Below are positions 54,513 through 61,616 of a stretch of DNA of 64,000 nt, piece after piece (position 1 is the first letter of the stretch; every line of letters starts with the position of its first letter). The position numbers were made by a program, and so were the translations under genes. A model generated the notes under the pieces. It did not search any database. It saw nothing but the letters and a program-made list of their open reading frames with translations, and had not been told where the DNA came from. Source of the stretch: an uncultured Algibacter sp. (GTDB lineage: Bacteria; Bacteroidota; Bacteroidia; Flavobacteriales; Flavobacteriaceae); NCBI RefSeq assembly GCF_947487605.1, contig NZ_CANKXK010000011.1, forward strand, positions 47,759 through 111,758. The letters run 5' to 3'.

Positions 54513-54586
54513 TGACCACGGCAGGATTCAAACCTGCAACCTCTTGAGCCGTAATCAAGTGCGCTATTCAGTTGCGCCACGTGGCC
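54513..54586 (-). tRNA. tRNA-Arg (anticodon ACG)
   Basis: Hand-folded cloverleaf: acceptor GGCCACG/CGTGGTC, D-stem GCGC/GCGC, anticodon stem CTTGA/TCAAG with loop TTACGGC, T-arm GCAGG-TTTGAAT-CCTGC, discriminator A. CCA is not encoded. Confidence 0.9.
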
Positions 54587-54669
54587 GTTTTTAATGGGTG
54601 CAAATATACTATTAATTAAAACTTTAACAAACAATTTATTTCAAATTTATAAATCCGTATTTTTGAACC

Positions 54670-55299
54670 ATGACTAATGAAATATTACATCAAAAATTTA
54701 ATCATACCCTCGATAGCAATCTTTTAAATGAAATTGCAAATGTTGGTACGTATAAATCTTTTTTAAAAGATGATATAATTATAGATATTGATCAACCATT
54801 AGAAAATATACCACTCTTATTAAGTGGCCATATTAAAATACTAAGAGAAGATGACCAAGGAAATGATTTACTTATTTATTTCTTAGAAGCTGGTGAAACT
54901 TGCACCATGTCACTTACTTGCTGTATGGGGACATCAAAAAGTAAAATAAGAGCCGTTGCAGAGCAAGATTCTAGCCTCGTTATGATACCTGTACAAAAGA
55001 TGCAAGAATGGTTTCATAATAATGAGAGTTGGCGTAACTTTATTTTGAGTAGTTATCAGATTCGTTTTGATGAAATGCTTGATGCTATTGATAGTATTGC
55101 GTTTTTAAAAATGGATGAGCGTTTACACAAATACCTAGTCAACAAAACGGTACTAAATAGCTCTAATACTATTTTAATGAAGCACCAAGATATTGCTGAA
55201 GATTTACATACTTCTCGAGTTGTTATATCAAGACTTCTTAAGCAACTTGAAAACGAGAATAAAATAAATCTTGGCAGAAATAAAATCGTGGTTTTATAA
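54670..55299 (+). CDS. Crp/Fnr-family transcriptional regulator with a three-Cys cluster in the effector domain
   Basis: 209 aa. cNMP-binding-like beta-barrel and C-terminal HTH (HQDIAEDLHTSRVVISRLLKQL). Its only cysteines are C78, C84 and C85 (GETCTMSLTCCMG). Confidence 0.88.
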   Translation: MTNEILHQKFNHTLDSNLLNEIANVGTYKSFLKDDIIIDIDQPLENIPLLLSGHIKILREDDQGNDLLIYFLEAGETCTMSLTCCMGTSKSKIRAVAEQDSSLVMIPVQKMQEWFHNNESWRNFILSSYQIRFDEMLDAIDSIAFLKMDERLHKYLVNKTVLNSSNTILMKHQDIAEDLHTSRVVISRLLKQLENENKINLGRNKIVVL

Positions 55300-55343
55300 A
55301 CTTATTCATCTAAAACTTAACAAGATATTTAGACTAAACTATT

Positions 55344-55892
55344 ATGGAATACATATTAAACCCTTGGCCGTGGTATATATCTGGCCCATTAATAGCCATT
55401 ATAATGGCCTTGCTTTTATATTTTGGAAAAACCTTTGGCATGTCTTCTAATTTAAGTACGATGTGTACCATTTTGGGTGCTGGAAAGCGCATAAATTTTT
55501 TTAAAATGAACTGGAAAGATCAATCTTGGAACATAACTGTTGTTATTGGTGCCATTATTGGAGGTTTCATAGCTACCCAATATTTAAGCAATAATAGTAT
55601 TACTAATCTAAATTCTACTACGATTACAGAACTACAACAAATGGGATTTAAAAACTCAGGGGTTTCCTTAGTTCCAGATGAAATATTTAAGTTAAGTTCA
55701 ATAAAAGAATTACTAATCTTAATAACTGGAGGTCTACTTGTTGGGTTTGGAACACGGTATGCTGGCGGATGCACCTCTGGCCACGCTATTTCTGGCCTTA
55801 GCAGTTTACAAAAACCATCGCTTATTGCAGTTATTGGATTCTTTATTGGTGGCCTAATTATGACTAATATTATTTTACCTCTAATATTTTAA
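55344..55892 (+). CDS. YeeE/YedE-family sulfur-compound transporter, first half-type subunit
   Basis: 182 aa. TM helices. RYAGGCTSGH signature. Confidence 0.8.
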   Translation: MEYILNPWPWYISGPLIAIIMALLLYFGKTFGMSSNLSTMCTILGAGKRINFFKMNWKDQSWNITVVIGAIIGGFIATQYLSNNSITNLNSTTITELQQMGFKNSGVSLVPDEIFKLSSIKELLILITGGLLVGFGTRYAGGCTSGHAISGLSSLQKPSLIAVIGFFIGGLIMTNIILPLIF

Positions 55893-55894
55893 AT

Positions 55895-56308
55895 ATGAAA
55901 TACTTAAAATTTTTGCTTGTTGGTGTTTTCTTTGGAATTATACTAGTTAAATCTGAAGCTGTTTCTTGGTATAGAATTTATGAGATGTTTAGATTTCAAT
56001 CTTTCCACATGTATGGTATTATAAGCACTGCAATTGTGAGTGGTATTTTATTTTTACAGTTTTCAAAAAGAGGTTATATTAAAAGTATAAAAGGAGCCAA
56101 TATTTTTGTCCCTAAAAAAGAAAAAGGTATTACAAGATACTTCGTTGGAGGCATTATTTTTGGTCTAGGATGGGCATTAATAGGCACATGTCCTGGTCCC
56201 ATGTATATATTATTAGGCACAGGTGTTTTTAGCATGTTTATTGTAATTGCTGCTGCCATATTGGGCACTTTTATATATGGCGTCTTAAAAAACAAACTCC
56301 CTCATTAA
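55895..56308 (+). CDS. YeeE/YedE-like membrane protein, second half-type subunit (DUF6691-like)
   Basis: 137 aa. Four TM helices. LIGTCPG motif. 2-nt gap after the previous gene. Confidence 0.7.
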   Translation: MKYLKFLLVGVFFGIILVKSEAVSWYRIYEMFRFQSFHMYGIISTAIVSGILFLQFSKRGYIKSIKGANIFVPKKEKGITRYFVGGIIFGLGWALIGTCPGPMYILLGTGVFSMFIVIAAAILGTFIYGVLKNKLPH

Positions 56309-57100
56309 ATGGATAACACCCAACTATTTGGATATATTGGTGCGTTAATAGTAGGATTAGTACTAGGATTAATTGGAGGAGGCGGATCCATCTTAACAGT
56401 GCCTATATTGGTGTACTTACTAGGCTATAATCCAATAGTTGCTACTGCCTATTCTCTATTTGTTGTTGGCACTACATCCATGGTTGGCACGTTTCAGAAA
56501 TACAAAAAAGGGTTGGTAGACTTTAAAACGGGTTTTGCTTTTTCTTTTCCATCGTTTATAGCAGTTTATCTTTCGCGAAGATATTTGGTACCTAATATTC
56601 CTGATAGACTTTTTAATATTGATGATTTTACATTTACTAAAGAAATGGGAATTATGATCTTTTTTGCAATCATAATGATTATAGCGTCCTATTCTATGAT
56701 TAAAAATAAAACAGACAATAGTTCACTAAAAGAAAAGCAAGCATATTACAAAACTTTTATTCAAGCAATAGTTATAGGAACAATTACAGGATTTATAGGC
56801 GCAGGAGGTGGATTTTTATATGTACCAGCACTTGTAATTTGGGCAAATATTCCAATGAAAAAAGCAGTTGGCACATCATTAATAATAGTTACCATCAACT
56901 CATTAATTGGTTTTATTGGCGATATTCAAACCTTAGAGATAGATTGGGTATTCCTTTTATCGTTTACACTAATATCTATAGTTGGCATTATTTTGGGTGT
57001 ATTTCTGTCAAAATTTATTAGTGGTAAAAAACTTAAAAAAAGTTTTGGATTTTTCACTTTAATAATGGCTGTTTATATTATATATAAAGAAACCAATTAA
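56309..57100 (+). CDS. TauE/SafE-family sulfite/organosulfonate exporter
   Basis: 263 aa. Two internal repeats with GGGGSILTVP and GAGGGFLYVP motifs. Confidence 0.85.
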   Translation: MDNTQLFGYIGALIVGLVLGLIGGGGSILTVPILVYLLGYNPIVATAYSLFVVGTTSMVGTFQKYKKGLVDFKTGFAFSFPSFIAVYLSRRYLVPNIPDRLFNIDDFTFTKEMGIMIFFAIIMIIASYSMIKNKTDNSSLKEKQAYYKTFIQAIVIGTITGFIGAGGGFLYVPALVIWANIPMKKAVGTSLIIVTINSLIGFIGDIQTLEIDWVFLLSFTLISIVGIILGVFLSKFISGKKLKKSFGFFTLIMAVYIIYKETN

Positions 57101-57105
57101 AGTAA

Positions 57106-57121
57106 TGTGACAAAAATCACA
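57106..57121. promoter_or_regulatory. perfect CRP-consensus palindrome TGTGA-CAAAAA-TCACA, site 3, upstream of the cstB-like gene
   Basis: Read directly. Its centre lies 29.5 nt upstream of the first base of the -7 box at 57143, which would put it near -42 of the inferred start site (a class II activator position). Confidence 0.55.
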
Positions 57122-57142
57122 AATCAACCCAATATGATTTAT

Positions 57143-57150
57143 TATTTTTG
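57143..57150 (+). promoter_or_regulatory. -7 box candidate (TATTTTTG) for the cstB-like gene
   Basis: Exact TAnnTTTG match 18 nt upstream of the ATG at 57168. Confidence 0.4.
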
Positions 57151-57167
57151 AATGATACTTTTTTAAA

Positions 57168-58580
57168 ATGAAAATAGAGCAAATATATACAGGCTGTTTA
57201 GCACAAGGTGCTTATTACATAGAATCTAATGGAGAAGTTGCGATAATTGATCCGCTTCGTGAAACCCAACAATATGTAGATAAAGCCAATAGAGAAAATG
57301 CAAAAATTAAATATATTTTTGAAACACATTTTCATGCCGATTTTGTTTCTGGTCACGTAGATTTAGCAAAAAAAACTGGTGCTATAATTGTTTATGGGCC
57401 AGGGGCAGAAACCAATTACGATATACATTGTGCTAAGGATGAAGAAAAATTTAAATTAGGAAATATTACTATAAAAGTTTTACACACACCGGGACATACA
57501 TTAGAGTCTTCTACTTACCTATTAATTGATAAATCTGGAAAAGATTATGCTATTTTTTCTGGAGACACTTTGTTTTTAGGCGATGTTGGAAGGCCCGATT
57601 TAGCCATAAAGTCTGACCTAACAAAAGAAGATTTAGCAGGAATGCTCTACGATTCGCTTAGGAATAAAATAATGCCATTAGCAGACGATGTTATTGTTTA
57701 TCCCGCTCATGGTGCTGGTTCTGCATGCGGAAAAAATTTGAGCAAAGAAACCATTGGAATTTTAGGTGATGAGAAAAAAACAAATTACGCATTAAGAGCA
57801 GATATGACCAAAGCAGAATTTATTGAAGAAGTTCTTGATGGCATAGCGCCACCACCACAGTATTTTGCAAAAAATGCGATGATGAATAAATCTGGGTATG
57901 ATACTTTTGAAACAGTTTTAAAAAAGGGAGACAATGCGTTAACCCCTGAAGCCTTTGAACATTTAGCAAACGAAGGAAATGCTTTAGTGCTGGATGTAAG
58001 ACATGAAAAAGATTTTATAAAGGGCCATATTCCAAACTCCATTTTTATTGGCATCCATGGTGGGTTTGCACCTTGGGTAGGTGCTTTAATTACAGACTTA
58101 AAACAACCTATTTTATTAGTAGCTCCAGAAGGTAAAGCAAAAGAAACTGTTACTAGATTATCTCGTGTAGGGTATGATAACACACTTGGCTATTTAGAAG
58201 GCGGTATTGAAGCTTGGGTAGCTTCTGGAAGAGATATAGAAACTTTAGACTCTATTTCGGTTAACACCTTTAAGAATGTGTTTAAGGACAAAAGCATTCA
58301 TGTTTTAGATGTTAGAAAAGATGGTGAATACAAATCGGAACATTTAGATGGAAATTCTGTGCAGCACTTTGCTTTAGATTATATAAATGATAACATGAAT
58401 AAAATTGATGTAAGGAAAACATATTACATTCATTGTGCAGGTGGTTATCGATCTGTAATTGCAGCTTCTATACTTAAAGCTCGTGGCTTTAAGAACTTAA
58501 TAGATGTCGCAGGTGGTTTTGGAGCCATGAAAAAAACAGATTTACCAACTACAGAGTTTGTTTGCCCTTCAACTTTATAA
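57168..58580 (+). CDS. CstB-like persulfide dioxygenase (MBL fold) fused to a pseudo-rhodanese and an active rhodanese domain
   Basis: 470 aa. THFHADFVSGH metal motif. The middle rhodanese-like domain lacks a catalytic Cys. The C-terminal domain has HCAGGYRS. Confidence 0.82.
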   Translation: MKIEQIYTGCLAQGAYYIESNGEVAIIDPLRETQQYVDKANRENAKIKYIFETHFHADFVSGHVDLAKKTGAIIVYGPGAETNYDIHCAKDEEKFKLGNITIKVLHTPGHTLESSTYLLIDKSGKDYAIFSGDTLFLGDVGRPDLAIKSDLTKEDLAGMLYDSLRNKIMPLADDVIVYPAHGAGSACGKNLSKETIGILGDEKKTNYALRADMTKAEFIEEVLDGIAPPPQYFAKNAMMNKSGYDTFETVLKKGDNALTPEAFEHLANEGNALVLDVRHEKDFIKGHIPNSIFIGIHGGFAPWVGALITDLKQPILLVAPEGKAKETVTRLSRVGYDNTLGYLEGGIEAWVASGRDIETLDSISVNTFKNVFKDKSIHVLDVRKDGEYKSEHLDGNSVQHFALDYINDNMNKIDVRKTYYIHCAGGYRSVIAASILKARGFKNLIDVAGGFGAMKKTDLPTTEFVCPSTL

Positions 58581-58616
58581 GTAATTTTTGATATCAAGTT
58601 GATAAAGAAATATAAA

Positions 58617-58883
58617 ATGAAAACAACTTTAGAAATACAAAACCTAAAATGTTCTGGTTGTGCTAATACCATTACCAAAAAGGTTTCTAGTTTAGAAGGT
58701 ATCACAGAATTAAAGGTTTATACAGACACTAACACTTTATCTTTTCAATATGAAAACGAAGCTACTGCAGATAAAGTAAAAGAGCTTCTTTCTATTATTG
58801 GATACCCTGTTGTAGGAGAAAAAAATGCATTAACAACTAAAGCAAAGTCTTTTGTAAGTTGCGCAATTGGGAGAATAAAATAA
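58617..58883 (+). CDS. heavy-metal-associated (HMA) domain protein
   Basis: ORF track 58599..58883. I prefer M7 (MKTTLEIQNLKCSGCANTI...). Ferredoxin-like HMA fold with a CSGC motif plus an extra C-terminal Cys (SFVSCAIG). Confidence 0.7.
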   Translation: MKTTLEIQNLKCSGCANTITKKVSSLEGITELKVYTDTNTLSFQYENEATADKVKELLSIIGYPVVGEKNALTTKAKSFVSCAIGRIK

Positions 58884-58890
58884 TTAGATT

Positions 58891-59166
58891 TTAAACAATT
58901 TCGGCACTTAAACCAGCCTCCAATAGCATGGAACAACGTGGTTTTAAATCGTCGTACAAACCCGTTTTAACAGTACATTTACCTTTATAATGAACTATTA
59001 AGGAACATTGCTCTGCTTGTTCTGAAGTATGCTCACATGCATAGATTAACGTTTCAATAACATGATCGAATGTATTAACATCGTCATTGTATAAAACAAT
59101 TTCGTTTTGTGTTGACACTTCTTCTTGAAGTAATAATTCTACCGATGTTTTTTCTTGTGAACTCAT
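58891..59166 (-). CDS. clpS: ATP-dependent Clp protease adaptor ClpS
   Basis: 91 aa. LYNDDVNTFDHVIETL and QCSLIVHYKGKC blocks. Confidence 0.9.
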   Translation of the reverse strand: MSSQEKTSVELLLQEEVSTQNEIVLYNDDVNTFDHVIETLIYACEHTSEQAEQCSLIVHYKGKCTVKTGLYDDLKPRCSMLLEAGLSAEIV

Positions 59167-59231
59167 CCTATTGTCTTTCAGACATTTTCCAAAGGGGAAA
59201 ATTATTATTAATATTTTTTGTAATTATACTA

Positions 59232-60068
59232 CTAATTTAAAAATTTTAATGAAACCCAATTATTTCTTTCTAACTTTTCTTGAAATTTTAACAGATATTT
59301 TTCACATAAACCTTGAATTATTGGAATATCATCATTATAAAACCCGCTTAAAAATAGGCTGCCTCCTTTATTTAAACAAGAAACATAAATTTCCATATCT
59401 TGTAATAAAATATTCCGATTGATATTGGCTATAATAATGTCGTAAGTATTCTTTCCTAATACCGATGCATCACCTTCTATAACTGTAATGTTCTCACAAT
59501 TATTACGTTCTACATTTTCTAAACTGTTTAAATAACACCAATTATCATAATCTATGGCATCTATAGCAGTTGCTCCTTTCATTTCTGCTAAAATTGCTAA
59601 AACACCCGTTCCACAGCCCATATCTAAAACCGACTTATTTGTAAAGTCATTTTTTATAATATGTTGAATCATCATATGAGTTGTTTCATGATGCCCTGTA
59701 CCAAAACTCATTTTTGGCTCTATGATGATATCATATTCAGTGTCAAATTTTTCATGAAACGGTGCGCGAACAGCACAAACATTATCTACAACTATGGGAT
59801 TAAAATTCTTTTCCCATTCAGCATTCCAATTAGTTTGTTCGATATCTTCAAAAGTGTAAGTAATATTGAATTCTCCAGATTTTAATATTTGAATATCATC
59901 AAGAATTGATTTATTCCATTCTACTTTTTGAATATAGGCTGTTACCCCTTCATCAGTTTCTACAAAACTTTCGAAACCAGCGTATCCTAATTCTGCTATA
60001 AGAATTTCTACTCCGGGTTGTATGGGTTGTACTTTAAAGTAATAACCAATGTAAATAGTATTAGACAT
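59232..60068 (-). CDS. prmA: ribosomal protein L11 methyltransferase
   Basis: 278 aa. MSFGTGHHETT, SVLDMGCGTGVLA SAM motif. Confidence 0.9.
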   Translation of the reverse strand: MSNTIYIGYYFKVQPIQPGVEILIAELGYAGFESFVETDEGVTAYIQKVEWNKSILDDIQILKSGEFNITYTFEDIEQTNWNAEWEKNFNPIVVDNVCAVRAPFHEKFDTEYDIIIEPKMSFGTGHHETTHMMIQHIIKNDFTNKSVLDMGCGTGVLAILAEMKGATAIDAIDYDNWCYLNSLENVERNNCENITVIEGDASVLGKNTYDIIIANINRNILLQDMEIYVSCLNKGGSLFLSGFYNDDIPIIQGLCEKYLLKFQEKLERNNWVSLKFLN

Positions 60069-60099
60069 TGCTTGAGAAATATAATTTACGGGTAAGCCC

Positions 60100-60251
60100 G
60101 CGTTAGCGATTGTAGTGAAACATTTATGTTCATGAATTCATTCATATAAAATAGAAATGCATGAATAAAATCCCACTGGGAGCCCCATTACCAGGGTGCT
60201 CAAGGACTTGTAACGTAAGGCGCAACCCACGTGTTAAACGTGGGTAAGGCC
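60100..60251. repeat. intergenic repeat family 3, copy B, bracketed by near-identical GGGTAAGCCC / GGGTAAGGCC 10-mers
   Basis: Blocks GCGTTAGCGATTGTAGTGAAA (60100-60120) and GGACTTGTAACGTAAGGC (60204-60221). Terminal hairpin CCCACGT-GTTAA-ACGTGGG. Direct 10-mers at 60090-60099 and 60242-60251. Confidence 0.6.
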
Positions 60252-60303
60252 ATAAAAATTTATACAGATTCCATCTTCATGGAAATGAAAAAACTATTTT
60301 TAA

Positions 60304-61053
60304 TTAAAACGCGTTTACTATTGCGTAAAAATCTTCTGCATTAAGCGATGCACCACCAATTAAACCGCCGTCAACATCTGGTTTTGAGAAAATTTCTTCA
60401 GCGTTTGCTGGTTTTACACTACCACCGTAAAGAATTGACACTTCGTCTGCAATATTATTACCATATTTATCTGCTAATGTCTTTCTTATAAATGCATGCA
60501 TATCTTGCGCTTGCTCTGGACTTGCAGTTTCGCCAGTGCCAATAGCCCAAACTGGCTCATAAGCCAATACAATGTTTTGAAATGCCGCTGCTTCTAAATG
60601 AAATAACGCATTTTTAATTTGACCACCAACAACAGCTTCTTCATTACCAGATTTTCTGTCTGCTAATTCTTCACCAAAACAAAAAATAATACGCATACTA
60701 TTTGCTAAGGCTGCATCTACTTTTTTAGCTAGTAGCTCATCAGTTTCATTAAAATATTCGCGACGCTCGCTATGACCTAAAATAACGGTTTCTACACCTA
60801 CACTTTTTAACATACTAGCACTAATTTCTCCAGTATAAGCACCGTTAGCTGCAAAATGCATGTTTTGAGCTACAACTTCAATATTTGAAGTTCTTAATGC
60901 TTCGAATGCATGATATAAATTTGTAAAAGTAGGTGCTACCATTACTTCTGCATTTGAAGATTGGTTTTGCTTTTTTAAATCTGACAACAACGCTTCAGTC
61001 TGCGCTAAATCGTTATTCATTTTCCAGTTTCCGGCAACAATTTGTTTTCTCAT
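60304..61053 (-). CDS. tpiA: triose-phosphate isomerase
   Basis: 249 aa. AGNWKMN, ILGHSERR, AYEPVWAIGTG blocks. Confidence 0.95.
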   Translation of the reverse strand: MRKQIVAGNWKMNNDLAQTEALLSDLKKQNQSSNAEVMVAPTFTNLYHAFEALRTSNIEVVAQNMHFAANGAYTGEISASMLKSVGVETVILGHSERREYFNETDELLAKKVDAALANSMRIIFCFGEELADRKSGNEEAVVGGQIKNALFHLEAAAFQNIVLAYEPVWAIGTGETASPEQAQDMHAFIRKTLADKYGNNIADEVSILYGGSVKPANAEEIFSKPDVDGGLIGGASLNAEDFYAIVNAF

Positions 61054-61118
61054 AAATATTGATTTTTTCTTCTATAAAAGAAGGTATTTAAGTATTTACT
61101 AATTCAATGCAAAAATAC

Positions 61119-61610
61119 TTAATTTCTTAGAGCTTTTATTAACTTATCATCATCAGCTTCAATAACATTAAATACAACGATTTCGCCAGCTTTATTTATA
61201 ACCATGTATCTAGGAATCCAACTAATATTTACAAAATCGCCAAAGTCACATTTCTTTTGATCTTGCATGTAATAATGTTCTCCTTCTACACCATACTTTT
61301 TTATACCGCGTTTCCAACGGTCTTCTCCTCTATCTAATGAAAAGAACAGGTAAACCACATCGGTATAATCTTTTTGTAGTGCTTTTACTTTAGGCATACC
61401 TTTAATGCAATCGCTACACCAAGAAGCCCAAATATCTATTACAATAGTTTTGCCTTTATGCTTTTTTAAAATTGATTTTAAAGTTACTTGATTGCCTTCT
61501 AAAGTAGTAAAGGTATCATTTAGAGCTTCTGGTGAAAACTTCGTAGGCTCTACAGTATTACAACTTAAAAAACTGACTAATAGTAATATTATATAACTCA
61601 TTTTTTTCAT
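61119..61610 (-). CDS. TlpA-like thiol-disulfide oxidoreductase lipoprotein
   Basis: 163 aa. Lipobox FLSC. IWASWCSDC CxxC motif. Confidence 0.8.
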   Translation of the reverse strand: MKKMSYIILLLVSFLSCNTVEPTKFSPEALNDTFTTLEGNQVTLKSILKKHKGKTIVIDIWASWCSDCIKGMPKVKALQKDYTDVVYLFFSLDRGEDRWKRGIKKYGVEGEHYYMQDQKKCDFGDFVNISWIPRYMVINKAGEIVVFNVIEADDDKLIKALRN

Positions 61611-61616
61611 AATTTG

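Noticed and set aside
59171-59422. 83-aa plus-strand ORF overlapping the 3' end of prmA
   Set aside because: It is antisense to prmA, AT-rich and has a Lys/Ile/Phe-rich translation. It is not credible.
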